32,000 bases of DNA from Coprobacillaceae bacterium (lineage in GTDB: Bacteria; Bacillota_I; Bacilli_A; Erysipelotrichales; Coprobacillaceae), in the NCBI GenBank assembly GCA_963675515.1, contig OY776328.1:2070001-2102000 (forward strand), read 5' to 3'. A program made the translations under genes and the position numbers. Below the pieces are notes generated by a model. It was given only the letters and a program-made list of their open reading frames with translations. It was not told the DNA's origin and did no database searches. Positions 1-9,593 of the stretch are shown in pieces. Position 1 is the first letter of the stretch, and every line of letters starts with the position of its first letter.

Positions 1-175
1 TTAGCAACAACCATGTAACCAATCATCCTCAAATAATGATTCAACTCAAACTTAAAAGTTGAAATGACTAATCAATGGGTGTATAAATAAAGTAGGAAGC
101 AACAAATCATTAATAATTTGGATCGTAAAATTGTTTAAAGCAGTTCGCATCAAATCACTATAAGCGGAGGAATCT

Positions 176-505
176 ATGGAATACATCAAGATTGCGACAA
201 CCGACGAGGTTGGCAAAAACCAGAAAAAGAAAATTACGCTAAAAGACATGACCATCCTGCTGGTCAATGTCGAAGGAACTTACTATGCCCTTGACAACAA
301 GTGCCCCCACATGGGCGGATCACTTTTCGACGGTATTCTTACGGGCAATGGAATCACCTGCCCGAGACACAAGACCACATTTGATGTGACAACCGGCAAG
401 GTAGTGGTTCCTGGCAAAATGGCCTTTATCAAGGTCAACCCCGGTGATGCCCGTACTTTTCCAGTCAGAGTGGTCGGGTCCGACATCCTGGTGGGCATCG
501 AATGA
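176..505 (+). CDS. small stand-alone Rieske [2Fe-2S] domain protein (NirD/Rieske-ferredoxin-like)
   Basis: 109-aa ORF. Rieske ligand boxes CPH ('NKCPHMGG') and CPxH ('ITCPRH') lie 16 residues apart. GGAGG sits 5 nt upstream of the ATG (gcGGAGGaatctATG). Confidence 0.85.
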   Translation: MEYIKIATTDEVGKNQKKKITLKDMTILLVNVEGTYYALDNKCPHMGGSLFDGILTGNGITCPRHKTTFDVTTGKVVVPGKMAFIKVNPGDARTFPVRVVGSDILVGIE

Positions 506-541
506 TTTTAGTTTTTCATAATGAATCTTATTTAATTTCGC

Positions 542-576
542 AAAAGAGACAAGACCAATATGGCTTGCCTCTTTTT
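542..576. terminator. bidirectional intrinsic terminator between the convergent Rieske gene and the aminotransferase/ADH operon
   Basis: Imperfect hairpin gagacaagacc (546-556) / ggcttgcctc (562-571), with one mismatch and one bulge. It is flanked by AAAA on the left and TTTTT (572-576) on the right. Confidence 0.6.
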
Positions 577-697
577 AGGTATGATCTGAACACTTATAGA
601 AATGATTCTTTAATGAATGATAAATGATTGGAAACCACATCCTGTGACCTCATTTCCAGATCACGCAGCCACACAGTTGACCTGACAAAATTCACAA

Positions 698-1822
698 TCA
701 GAAGACACTTTGATATATTTCATAAATATGATCACGATTGAACTCAAGGTACCCACAACCAAGCAACCGCTTTTGATTGGTGTAGACGCTGTCGGTGAAC
801 TCACCTAGTTCACCCAATGTTATTTCGTATGTGCTCAGCCTTTTGATTGGGATGATTGTGAGCAGCATATTTTCCAGGCTCTCAAGCCACTGTTCCTTGG
901 GGCATTGGAGAATTTTTGCGACAATATCTTTCAAGCTGTCAAATCGGGATTCTCCATCCAAATCATCAAGGGCCTGATATTGTTTCAAAACCGCAACCAG
1001 GAAAGTGTAGTTGGACTCTCCATGGGGTACGTGGTATTTCGTGCCCAAAGGGTAAGATATGCCGTGAACCGGACCGCAACTGGAATTCCCGAATGCATAA
1101 CCAGCCACCAGGCTGGCCATCAAGAAATCGGAAAGTTTTTCCTTATATCTCTTTGTCCCCATGGCTGTCAATTCCAGATAATTTTCCAGCAGCAGTTCGA
1201 TTGCCAATCTCGATTGGCTAAGTGATATTGGCGTAGCCAATGGCGACAGGAAAGACTCGATGGCATGAGTCAGAGCATCCAGGCTGCTGGCAGCGAAGAC
1301 GTCGTAAGGCAAGTCATTGAGCAGTTCAAAGATCATAACGGCATGATTGGCAAACAAGGCGTCATGAGCCAGCGCATACTTGGTCGCCAAAGACTCGATT
1401 GCCAGTACGGAAATGTTTGTCACCTCCGACCCGGTCCCGCAAGTTGTGGGTATCAATATGAGCTCCTTGGTCCGATGCGGTTCAACTTTTTTCATAAACA
1501 GATATTCCAAAGAGATTGAATTGTCAATGACCAGCAGCTTGCTCACATCAAGAATGCTGCCGCCGCCGATGCCGATAACCCGGTCATAATTAAGCAGGCT
1601 CAAATCCTGTTGCATTTTTTCCATATCCCGGCTGGTCGGTTCACCATCAAAATAGCTGCGAAAGTCGATGAAGGTGGCACTTCCTAGATGTTTTTCCAGG
1701 TACTTTTCATAAAGTCGTTTGCTTGCAAGAACCAGGTCTTTACTTGTGAACGGGAATTCTCTGACGAAATCCGCTACAGTATCATATGTTGAAATTTCTG
1801 GCGCGATTTTAAAGCTGTTCAT
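698..1822 (-). CDS. 4hbD: iron-containing (group III) alcohol dehydrogenase, 4-hydroxybutyrate dehydrogenase-like
   Basis: 374 aa. NAD-binding GGGS ('IGIGGGSILDV'). Fe-ADH metal ligands in 'SSLDALTHAIE' and 'VHGISYPLGTKYHVPHGESNY'. 'PTTCGTGSEVTN' and the N- and C-terminal strings resemble my recollection of Clostridium kluyveri 4HbD. SD GAAGGTGGA precedes the ATG. Last gene of the operon, directly after gabT. Confidence 0.75.
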   Translation of the reverse strand: MNSFKIAPEISTYDTVADFVREFPFTSKDLVLASKRLYEKYLEKHLGSATFIDFRSYFDGEPTSRDMEKMQQDLSLLNYDRVIGIGGGSILDVSKLLVIDNSISLEYLFMKKVEPHRTKELILIPTTCGTGSEVTNISVLAIESLATKYALAHDALFANHAVMIFELLNDLPYDVFAASSLDALTHAIESFLSPLATPISLSQSRLAIELLLENYLELTAMGTKRYKEKLSDFLMASLVAGYAFGNSSCGPVHGISYPLGTKYHVPHGESNYTFLVAVLKQYQALDDLDGESRFDSLKDIVAKILQCPKEQWLESLENMLLTIIPIKRLSTYEITLGELGEFTDSVYTNQKRLLGCGYLEFNRDHIYEIYQSVF

Positions 1823-1836
1823 AGTTCCACCTTCTT

Positions 1837-3192
1837 CTATGCCTGGGCATTTTCAAGGGCATCATCCAGGATATCCAGGCCTGCAAGCAACTGTTCATCC
1901 GTTATGACCAATGGAGCCAGGAATCTGATGACGTTGCCATATGCTCCGGCATTTTCGATCAATAGGCCATGGCGGAAACAATAATCAATGACCGCGTTGA
2001 CTTTTTCAGGATATGGCTCTTTGGTACCCTTGTTTTTGACCAGTTCAAGTCCGATCATTGCTCCAATCCCCCGATAGTCCCCGACAAAATCGTATTTCTC
2101 AGTGAAATCACTGTAGCGTTTTTTCACAACGTCACCGATAGCCAAGGCCCGCTTGTCAAGTTGCTCACGCTCCATGATTTCAATCACTTTCAATCCGGCT
2201 GCCACGCTCAAGGCATTACCTCCGAATGTTCCGCCAATGGTTGAAGGCAAGACCTTGTCCATGATATCCCCGTTGGCTACAATTCCGCTTAGTGGCATTC
2301 CGGCTGCAATCGATTTGGCAACACAGATGATATCCGGGCGAACCCCAGCTTCCGCCCAATAATCGGTACAGAACATCCGGCCCGTCCGGCAAAATCCGGT
2401 CTGAACTTCATCGGCGATCAGGACAATTCCATGATCGTCACAGACCTTACGCAAAGCTTTGACGAATTCGATTGGAGCGGGGATGAATCCCCCTTCTCCC
2501 TGAAGAGGCTCCATAATGATTCCAGCCACCTCATCCGCTGGTGCCGAGTGTTCGAATATCTGGGTTATCGATTCGATGCAGTGATCGATCATTTCCTGTT
2601 GCGTCATACCTTCCGGCTTGCGGTACAGATAGGGGAATTTGGCCCTGAAAACTCCCGGAGCATCAGCACCGATACCTTTTGACAGGGATTTCTTTGCAGT
2701 CAGGGTAACCGCCATCAATGTCCGACCATGGAAGGCTCCGGTAAAGGCGATGATGTTTTTACGTCCAGTTGCTGATTTTGCCACTTTGATGGCATTTTCA
2801 ACCGCCTCAGCCCCACTGTTGGCAAAATATGTCTTGCGTGTAGATCCCGTTGTCGGCGCAATACCATTCAGTTTCTTGGCAAGCAACCCGTAGTTTTCAT
2901 GGGTCGTGATATTGTACATCGAGTGGAAGAAACTTTCTGCCTGGTTCTTGACTGCTTCGATAACTTCCGGATGGGAATAGCCGATGTTCAAAACCCCTAC
3001 TCCGCCGACAAAATCGACATAGCGGTTTCCTTCAAAGTCCTCAACCATGGCCCCCTGACCCTCTTTGATGGACAAAGGGTAAAGGGGTTTTATGGCACCC
3101 GAAGTGTTTTCTTCCCTGATTTTTAAAATTTCTTTGGTTATTGCCCCTGGCAATTCTTCACTGATGATTCTTGGCAATGAGTCTTTCAACAT
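1837..3192 (-). CDS. gabT: class III PLP-dependent aminotransferase, 4-aminobutyrate aminotransferase-like
   Basis: 451 aa, typical GabT length. Motifs include 'FANSGAEAVENAIK', 'IADEVQTGFCRTG' and 'VAKSIAAGMPLSG' (PLP-lysine region). SD AAGGAGGAA lies in the 3' end of the upstream gene. Confidence 0.85.
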   Translation of the reverse strand: MLKDSLPRIISEELPGAITKEILKIREENTSGAIKPLYPLSIKEGQGAMVEDFEGNRYVDFVGGVGVLNIGYSHPEVIEAVKNQAESFFHSMYNITTHENYGLLAKKLNGIAPTTGSTRKTYFANSGAEAVENAIKVAKSATGRKNIIAFTGAFHGRTLMAVTLTAKKSLSKGIGADAPGVFRAKFPYLYRKPEGMTQQEMIDHCIESITQIFEHSAPADEVAGIIMEPLQGEGGFIPAPIEFVKALRKVCDDHGIVLIADEVQTGFCRTGRMFCTDYWAEAGVRPDIICVAKSIAAGMPLSGIVANGDIMDKVLPSTIGGTFGGNALSVAAGLKVIEIMEREQLDKRALAIGDVVKKRYSDFTEKYDFVGDYRGIGAMIGLELVKNKGTKEPYPEKVNAVIDYCFRHGLLIENAGAYGNVIRFLAPLVITDEQLLAGLDILDDALENAQA

Positions 3193-3861
3193 CTATATTT
3201 CCTCCTTTTTTGAAACTGTTGCGTCATTGAAATAATCAGGATACTTGATTTTGATATATTCCTTGATCAGGCTGACGCAGTTTTCAATTCCTATTTTTTC
3301 GCTGTTCAATGTCAAATCATAATTGGTCGGATTGGTCCAGTAATTGCCTCCCGTGTAATAGGCATAATAATCCGCCCGGTACTTGTCAGTCTTCTTGATT
3401 GTGTTCGTCGCCACTTCTTCACTGACATGCATGTTCTCGACCGTCCGCCTGAGACAAAAATCCCGGGGTGCCTCGATATAGACCGATATCACATTCTGGC
3501 GCCCTCTTAAGATCCAGTCGGCACATTTTCCGACAATCACGCAAGATTCGCTGTTGGCCAGGTCATTGATAATCTGTTTTTGGTAATGGAACAGAATATC
3601 ATTCCCGTTGAATTCTTCATTGCGGGCAATGTAGTGCTTTGTTTTTGGCAGGGATTTCAGAATATTTAGAATCCCGTTTTTGTCCGCCAGCCTTTCACTT
3701 TGTTTTTCGAACAGTTCCTCATCCAAGCCGCTTAGTTGCGATGCCAGTTTGTAGATTCGATTTTCGTAGCAGCTGATATTCAACTCGTTGGCCAGCCTGC
3801 TGGCTATTTCCTTGCCTCCGGTACCAAAGCCCCGCGCAAAGGTGATTACTATATTGTCCAT
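3193..3861 (-). CDS. cytidylate kinase-like family protein (Cytidylate_kin2-type, function unknown)
   Basis: The N-terminus 'MDNIVITFARGFGTGGKEIASRLANELNISCY' matches the family's usual 'IITIxREyGSGG' start. I prefer ATG 3861 (GGGGTGAtttatATG) over the track's GTG 3870, which overlaps the ATPase stop codon. Confidence 0.7.
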   Translation of the reverse strand: MDNIVITFARGFGTGGKEIASRLANELNISCYENRIYKLASQLSGLDEELFEKQSERLADKNGILNILKSLPKTKHYIARNEEFNGNDILFHYQKQIINDLANSESCVIVGKCADWILRGRQNVISVYIEAPRDFCLRRTVENMHVSEEVATNTIKKTDKYRADYYAYYTGGNYWTNPTNYDLTLNSEKIGIENCVSLIKEYIKIKYPDYFNDATVSKKEEI

Positions 3862-3866
3862 ATAAA

Positions 3867-4604
3867 TCACCCCGCCATGAACCGGGTCAGGAACTCCCGA
3901 GTCCGTTGATGAGTCGGGTTGGTGAACATGACCTCCGGCTTGTTGTCCTCGATGACATATCCCTTATCCATGAAGATTGTCCTTGAAGATACATCCCTGG
4001 CAAAAGCCATTTCGTGGGTCACTATGATCATTGTCAATCCGGATTTGGCCAACTCCTTCATCACCGCCAACACTTCCCCGACCATTTCCGGATCGAGGGC
4101 GCTGGTCGGCTCATCGAACAGCAGCACTTCCGGGTTCATGCAAAGCGATCTGGCAATAGCCACCCGCTGTTTTTGACCACCCGAAAGATGGGAAGGCAGG
4201 GCATTGATATATGGAGCCATTCCGACCGACTTCAAATTGGCGATCGCCCGTTTGTAAGCCTCTTCTTTGGAGATCTTTTGGACTTTCCGGGTTGCGATCA
4301 TGCAATTCTCCAGGACCGTCATGTTGTTGAACAGATTGAATGACTGGAAGACCATCCCCACCTTTTCCCTGAATTCATTGATCTCTTTTGGATTGTTTCT
4401 GATCGGCTGGCCATGGAATAAGACTGTTCCGCTTGTCTGGACTTCGAGCCGGTTGATGCAACGCAGCAGCGTTGATTTCCCGGACCCCGATGAACCGACA
4501 ATGCAGATTACTTCACCTTTTCCCACCGTGAAGTCGATGCGCCTTAAAACCTCATGGTCACCGAATGATTTGCTTAAGTTTTCAACATGAATTAATTGTT
4601 CCAT
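3867..4604 (-). CDS. polar amino acid ABC transporter, ATP-binding protein (GlnQ-like)
   Basis: 245 aa. Walker A 'GSSGSGKST', signature '[13 protein letters not shown]', Walker B '[11 protein letters not shown]'. GGAGG lies upstream of the ATG. Confidence 0.9.
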   Translation of the reverse strand: MEQLIHVENLSKSFGDHEVLRRIDFTVGKGEVICIVGSSGSGKSTLLRCINRLEVQTSGTVLFHGQPIRNNPKEINEFREKVGMVFQSFNLFNNMTVLENCMIATRKVQKISKEEAYKRAIANLKSVGMAPYINALPSHLSGGQKQRVAIARSLCMNPEVLLFDEPTSALDPEMVGEVLAVMKELAKSGLTMIIVTHEMAFARDVSSRTIFMDKGYVIEDNKPEVMFTNPTHQRTREFLTRFMAG

Positions 4605-4613
4605 AGTGACCTC

Positions 4614-5390
4614 CTATTCTGTTTCCATAAACTCGGCGGCCAGGACATAATTGTCTTTATCCGCCATTTTGTGTTCAGCCAGCTGGAAGATCCGGTTGAA
4701 TACAAAACACAAAACGAAATATATTACCGCAATTACCAGATAGCTTTCGAAATACTTGTAATATGTCCCTCCGGCCGTCTTGGCCATCAAAAACAATTCC
4801 GAGACGCCGATCACATTGAGCACCGAAGTCATTTTGAGGTTGGTCAAAAACAGGTTGCTCATTTCCGGCAGGATGTTTTTGATCGCCTGAGGCAAGATGA
4901 TTGATATCATTGTCTGGATACCTGACATTCCCAGAGAAGACGCCCCTTCTCTTTGGCCTGGATCAATCGATTTGATACCCGCCCGGACGGTTTCAGCCAT
5001 ATAGGCACCGGTGTTTAGAATCACTACCAATATCCCGGCAGTCACGGAAGTTATCGCAAAACCCGCCTGAAGCAGTCCATAGTAGATTATCATTGCCTGG
5101 ACAATCATCGGAGTGCCCCTGAATATCTCCACTAATAAGGCAGCAACCAGTTTGAGGATTTTCAAAAATGCCGTCTTCAAAATCGCATCATCGCTTGAAG
5201 CCTTGGCGTCACTGACAATGCCAATGACTGCTCCCAGCAGGAATCCAAGAATGGTTCCAATTACTGCCACATACAAAGTATTGATTGTCCCGGAGATGAA
5301 CAGGCCCCGGTATTTTTCCATGATAAACAACATCCACGCCAACAGGCCACTTGTGCTATCGGGCTGGGCGATTAAGGATACGTAATGCAT
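4614..5390 (-). CDS. amino acid ABC transporter permease
   Basis: 258-aa multi-TM protein with an EAA-like loop ('AETVRAGIKSIDPGQREGASSLGMS'). SD AAAGGAGAA. Positioned between the binding protein and the ATPase. Confidence 0.85.
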   Translation of the reverse strand: MHYVSLIAQPDSTSGLLAWMLFIMEKYRGLFISGTINTLYVAVIGTILGFLLGAVIGIVSDAKASSDDAILKTAFLKILKLVAALLVEIFRGTPMIVQAMIIYYGLLQAGFAITSVTAGILVVILNTGAYMAETVRAGIKSIDPGQREGASSLGMSGIQTMISIILPQAIKNILPEMSNLFLTNLKMTSVLNVIGVSELFLMAKTAGGTYYKYFESYLVIAVIYFVLCFVFNRIFQLAEHKMADKDNYVLAAEFMETE

Positions 5391-5408
5391 ATGAATTCTC
5401 CTTTCATC

Positions 5409-6257
5409 TTAGTTTGACGCTGGCTGCAACTCGATTGCCAGTTCCATCATCTCGTTCATTTTTTCCTTGTCCCATCCCATATCGTCAAGGACACCTTGGA
5501 TCTTTTCTTGCAACTCACTGTCACCGTTATTCACTGCGATGCAGACATTTGTCGCACCGGTTGGATCAGTTAGGTTGTCGCTTTCATCCAGCTCCAGGAT
5601 CTTGAGATCCGAGTTGGTCAGCAAGGCTGACTGCGAAGTCGGCAAATCAATAATGGTAAAATCGGCTGCCCCGTTTGACACCGCCATGAAGCATTCGGCC
5701 GTCGTACCGTAGAATGCCCCCGGGGTGTAGTCAGGAACCTGTTCCATGATATCCACCCAGAATGTTCCCAACTGAGTTGTCCCTACCGCTCCAGTTCCGG
5801 CGAAATCCGACAGCTTGGTGAAGGAAGCGTACTCGCTGTCCGCCCTTACTACAATCACGTTTTCCCGGAAGTAATAAGGATCGGTGAAGTCATAGCTGGC
5901 ATCCCGCTCCGCTGTGTAGCCCATCCCGGCGATGATCGCATCATACTCGCCTGAAGTCAGTCCCAGACCAATCGAATCCCACTCGACCTTATGGACTTCC
6001 AGTTCCATGTCCAGTTCATCAGCGATCATCTGGGCCACCATGACATCATAGCCGTATGCATAAAAATCGGATTGGTAGATTGGGGCCGCTGATGAACCAT
6101 CCCCAACTTGCGCGGCTTCCTGAGTCCAGTTGAACGGCGCATACGCACATTCCATCCCCACCCGCAACACGTTTGATGAATCAGTCTGTGATTCCCCAGA
6201 ACCGCATCCCGTCAATACAATCGAACCCGCCAACAATAATCCCAATACTTTTTTCAT
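5409..6257 (-). CDS. amino acid ABC transporter substrate-binding lipoprotein
   Basis: I place the start at the internal ATG 6257 (GAGGAAattgaaATG). This gives 'MKKVLGLLLAGSIVLTGCGSG' with lipobox LTGC. The track's longer start at 6335 has no SD and no signal peptide. The body looks like a type-2 periplasmic-binding-protein fold. Confidence 0.85.
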   Translation of the reverse strand: MKKVLGLLLAGSIVLTGCGSGESQTDSSNVLRVGMECAYAPFNWTQEAAQVGDGSSAAPIYQSDFYAYGYDVMVAQMIADELDMELEVHKVEWDSIGLGLTSGEYDAIIAGMGYTAERDASYDFTDPYYFRENVIVVRADSEYASFTKLSDFAGTGAVGTTQLGTFWVDIMEQVPDYTPGAFYGTTAECFMAVSNGAADFTIIDLPTSQSALLTNSDLKILELDESDNLTDPTGATNVCIAVNNGDSELQEKIQGVLDDMGWDKEKMNEMMELAIELQPASN

Positions 6258-6334
6258 TTCAATTTCCTCGCTTTTCATGTATGTTTTTCTTAACCTGAGG
6301 TCCATCCCGAACGTCATCGATTTAAGATAGTGCA

Positions 6335-6343
6335 ATTATACCA
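6335..6343 (-). promoter_or_regulatory. candidate extended -10 promoter (TGGTATAAT) for the ABC/gabT/4hbD operon
   Basis: The minus strand reads cactttGGTATAATtgcac about 75 nt upstream of ATG 6257. There is no convincing -35 box. Confidence 0.35.
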
Positions 6344-6494
6344 AAGTGATAATGGTTAACTATGTGCGGGGATGCCAAACTTTATTGTTCTCTGCGAACA
6401 AACCGTCCCACTTATTTCGAAATGGTATTTTTTGATGTACTTTCGCCATCCAATCGTTTAGAATGAAAAAAACGTAACAAATGGAGGAAATTGC

Positions 6495-7751
6495 ATGTCA
6501 TTCACATTAAAAGATGTGGCCGCTTTAAACTCTTTTAAAAAAAGCAGCCTGCTCACTGACAATATCAGCCTGGAACGCGAAGTCAATTGGATCTACCTGG
6601 CCGAAACTTCCCCTAACCTGAAAAAGAACTTTTTCAAAAAAAATGAAAAAGTCCTGTTCTTTGTGGTAGGACACGGGGCCAAGCACAATTTTTTCACCCT
6701 TAAAGACCTTGTCGACGATGTTTATGAGCTTAAAGCAGCTGGCCTGGTTTTCTTTCTGGGGCGCTATATTTACTCCATTCCTGCCGACATAATAGCTTAC
6801 TGCGAATCATTGAACCTTCCCGTCTTTACCTTGCCTTGGGAAGTTAGCTATATCGATGTGAACAAGGAACTGTGTGAGGAATTGATAAAAATGACCCTGA
6901 TTGAAAAGGGCACCCAGGATTTCATGCACAAGGTTTTGTTTGATGAAGACGCCAACCGCAACGACCTGATGAAAATGGCGCAGAATGCGAACATCAACCT
7001 GAAAACAAGTCACTTCGCCTATATTTTGAGCATCGACAACTATGAAGTCTTGACTGCCAGCATCCCATCCGAGATTATGGATGATATCCAAAGCAAGCTC
7101 TACAACCTTGTAAAAAGCAATCCTGAACTTGGACATCGAAGCGAAATGAACATCCAAAAGGACGATCAGGTGATATTGATCATCAAAGACATCGACAAAC
7201 CAGACTTCGTCAGACTCCACCAGGGGACGAAAAACGCCCTGAATCAGATCGCCAAGCAGATCAACGATTATATCAAAAGCAAAAACTATTATATCAAACC
7301 GATCTCCCTGACCATCGGGATTGGAAACAGCACAGCGGATATCTTCACGATAAAAAACAGTTATATCGAGGCTGAAAAGGTAGTATCGGCAAGGCGGCGA
7401 GGCTTACTGGTGAAGGATTGCGTCTGTTACGACGATCTAGGGGTTTACAAGCTTCTTTTCATGATCGAAAACAGTGACATCATCATGTCGGCCTATCCCG
7501 ACAAATTGAAAAAGGTCCTAGAATATGACAATGCCAACGATTCCACTTTGATTCCGACACTGGAAAAATATCTGGAAAATCAGGGCAGTCTGATCATGAC
7601 CGCCGATGCGATGAACATCCATAAAAACACCGTCACATACCGGATCAACAAGATCAAGTCGCTCCTTGACATCGATCTGTCCAAGCCAAAAAACATCCCC
7701 ATCATCCTTATGGAGATAAAAGCCATCAAATTCATGACATCAAGCAAATAA
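6495..7751 (+). CDS. PucR/CdaR-family transcriptional regulator
   Basis: 418 aa. C-terminal HTH 'ADAMNIHKNTVTYRINKIKSLLDIDL' is typical of PucR_C. SD GGAGGaaattgcATG. Divergent from the catabolic operon. Confidence 0.85.
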   Translation: MSFTLKDVAALNSFKKSSLLTDNISLEREVNWIYLAETSPNLKKNFFKKNEKVLFFVVGHGAKHNFFTLKDLVDDVYELKAAGLVFFLGRYIYSIPADIIAYCESLNLPVFTLPWEVSYIDVNKELCEELIKMTLIEKGTQDFMHKVLFDEDANRNDLMKMAQNANINLKTSHFAYILSIDNYEVLTASIPSEIMDDIQSKLYNLVKSNPELGHRSEMNIQKDDQVILIIKDIDKPDFVRLHQGTKNALNQIAKQINDYIKSKNYYIKPISLTIGIGNSTADIFTIKNSYIEAEKVVSARRRGLLVKDCVCYDDLGVYKLLFMIENSDIIMSAYPDKLKKVLEYDNANDSTLIPTLEKYLENQGSLIMTADAMNIHKNTVTYRINKIKSLLDIDLSKPKNIPIILMEIKAIKFMTSSK

Positions 7752-7826
7752 ACAGTCCAATAAACATGCTTCTCGGTCATAATGAAACTTTCCTCGCAGA
7801 TATTTGTAAGAAAATAAAATATGCCT

Positions 7827-7860
7827 AAAGGGCAATCATGCAAGATTGCCCTTTTTCATT
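7827..7860 (+). terminator. intrinsic terminator of the PucR-family gene
   Basis: Perfect 11-bp stem aaagggcaatc (7827-7837) / gattgcccttt (7844-7854) with a 6-nt loop, followed by a T-rich tail. Confidence 0.75.
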
Positions 7861-7947
7861 GCGATATGTCAACTAAAACAATTGTTTTATGCTTTGTTGT
7901 TAAGGTATTGATTTCCAAGACATTTACATTCCAGGTAGTATGAAAGC

Positions 7948-7991
7948 AAAAAAAGACAACCAGCCCGGCAAACCATCCAGGTCAGTTGTCC
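7948..7991 (-). terminator. intrinsic terminator of the 8007-9593 gene
   Basis: Minus strand: gacaactgacc ... ggctggttgtc hairpin (about 11 bp with two G-U pairs and one mismatch), followed by TTTTTTT (7948-7954 on the plus strand is AAAAAAA). Confidence 0.55.
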
Positions 7992-8006
7992 ATATCTGTT
8001 AAAATA

Positions 8007-9593
8007 CTATTTATCCCGTTTCTTCTTGCCTTTCAGTAGCGAAACTACGACCAGACTCAAAAGCGACATTCCGATATAGGCGGCAGTTGAAGCTGCTTTT
8101 TGAGGTACTTCCGATTCAACCTGATCAACATTATCATCAGGGTCATTTTCCTCGTCTTCCCCGGTTACATAGTCTTCTTGCGATTCCATGTATCCATCCA
8201 TGACATCGTAAACATCATCGGTGGTCACATCGTCTTCCATTATAGCACCCATCAGGGCCCCGGGTTCGAAGACTTGATTTTCCTCGGTTTCTTGCAAGGT
8301 ACCAATGAATTCTTTTTGAGATGTTTGATCCTCAAACATGGAATCTTCTCCCTTAAACAGGACTGCATTGCCTGGAATCACTTCAAATTCAGCTACCCGA
8401 TGGTCATCAAAGTCATAAACCACCTCAAGTTGATGAATCCCTGGTTCCAGGGCATCCAGATAATCGCATGAAAGAGTGATTATCGTATTGCCCGATTCAG
8501 ATGTGAACTCCACCTTGTCCAATTCCATTCCGTCGACAAAGATCAACCGGCAATCGTCTATCAGCCCTTCGCAGACAAAGCGCAGCGGTTGGTTGCTGCC
8601 AATCACATATTCACCGTCCGCCTTGTGGATCAGTCCCGGTTTAAATGTCTCAGGAATTTGGGTTACTTCGATGATTGCCGGCTCACTGGCTGCCAGATGC
8701 ATTGTTTCACCATACCTTACATACCATATGCCAGGTGCCACTTTTGTGATCAGTTCATCACAGCCTAGCCACTCAGGTTCATCAAGGGAATAAGAATACT
8801 CCATTCCAGTGGTTGTATTGCCTATTCCTTCGCTGGCGTCGAAAAGGTCAACCGGAGGATCCTGCAGGGATTTTTCAAACGGGATGAAAGACTTGGAAAC
8901 TGCAGGAAGCATCGTGATTTGCACATCATCTTCCATCTTGCCGGTTATCGAAATCATCGTATCGCTGTATTTGATTACCTGAAGGCCGGATAGATCGTCT
9001 TTGTCAAACTTGTTCACATAATCATCAGGGAAATAGTAGCCTTCATTGGCAGTGAAGACGATATCGTCAATATTGCCATTTTTGCTTGTCTGGATCAATT
9101 CTCCTGATTCTCTGGTTTTGGTGATATTAAGCCCTTCTGGCGCTGCCACTTTGACGCCATGGACTTTCACCTTTGGTTCATCCGCCTTTTTGATATCAGG
9201 ATTCAAAGATACAGTCCCATTCACCAGGTTGCTTATGTAATCAGTTGCCTTGCCCTTGTTGATCTGTTCTCCAAAAACAATAATATTGTAACTTTCAAAA
9301 GGCATTTCAACGGGGATTTTGAACGTCTTGGGTCCCTTCTTGGGATCCCCGATCCGGCCGTATGCCATTACCGTTCCGGATTGGTCGGTCAGCATCGCTG
9401 AAACCTGATTGTATTCACCCGGGCAGCTTGTTACTTCTACCGTGAAATCCTGTCCAGGCTTTCCGATTTCCGGTATTTTTGCACTGAATGAATCTTCATA
9501 TCGGATGACAGCGGAGAAAACGCGGTGCAGCGAAATGGATTCATTGTCAAGATCATTAGTAAATTCGAGGATGCCGCTCCCTTTTGCGCCCAT
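8007..9593 (-). CDS. hypothetical protein: no signal peptide, long acidic region, C-terminal TM helix plus basic tail
   Basis: Long ORF with clear coding character. ATG 9593 has GGAGG 5 nt upstream, whereas the track's ATG 9626 has no SD. The C-terminus is '...DEENDPDDNVDQVESEVPQKAASTAAYIGMSLLSLVVVSLLKGKKKRDK'. No family recognised. Confidence 0.7.
   Translation of the reverse strand: MGAKGSGILEFTNDLDNESISLHRVFSAVIRYEDSFSAKIPEIGKPGQDFTVEVTSCPGEYNQVSAMLTDQSGTVMAYGRIGDPKKGPKTFKIPVEMPFESYNIIVFGEQINKGKATDYISNLVNGTVSLNPDIKKADEPKVKVHGVKVAAPEGLNITKTRESGELIQTSKNGNIDDIVFTANEGYYFPDDYVNKFDKDDLSGLQVIKYSDTMISITGKMEDDVQITMLPAVSKSFIPFEKSLQDPPVDLFDASEGIGNTTTGMEYSYSLDEPEWLGCDELITKVAPGIWYVRYGETMHLAASEPAIIEVTQIPETFKPGLIHKADGEYVIGSNQPLRFVCEGLIDDCRLIFVDGMELDKVEFTSESGNTIITLSCDYLDALEPGIHQLEVVYDFDDHRVAEFEVIPGNAVLFKGEDSMFEDQTSQKEFIGTLQETEENQVFEPGALMGAIMEDDVTTDDVYDVMDGYMESQEDYVTGEDEENDPDDNVDQVESEVPQKAASTAAYIGMSLLSLVVVSLLKGKKKRDK

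Noticed and set aside
1-48. Possible 3' end of a minus-strand gene entering the window at position 1 (TAA complement at 1-3)
   Set aside because: The frame is closed by a stop after only about 14 codons (TGA complement at 46-48), so no partial CDS is supported.
52-6330. Numerous 60-137-aa ORFs antisense to or overlapping the annotated genes (for example 283-498, 905-1225, 4014-4343, 6807-7220)
   Set aside because: All are embedded in longer ORFs with clear family signatures on the opposite strand or in another frame. None has an SD or recognisable motifs.
8007-8120. Possible LPXTG sortase anchor in the 539-aa protein
   Set aside because: The TM helix and basic tail are present, but no LPXTG, SPXTG or NPQTN-like pentapeptide precedes the helix. 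I have therefore not called it a sortase substrate.
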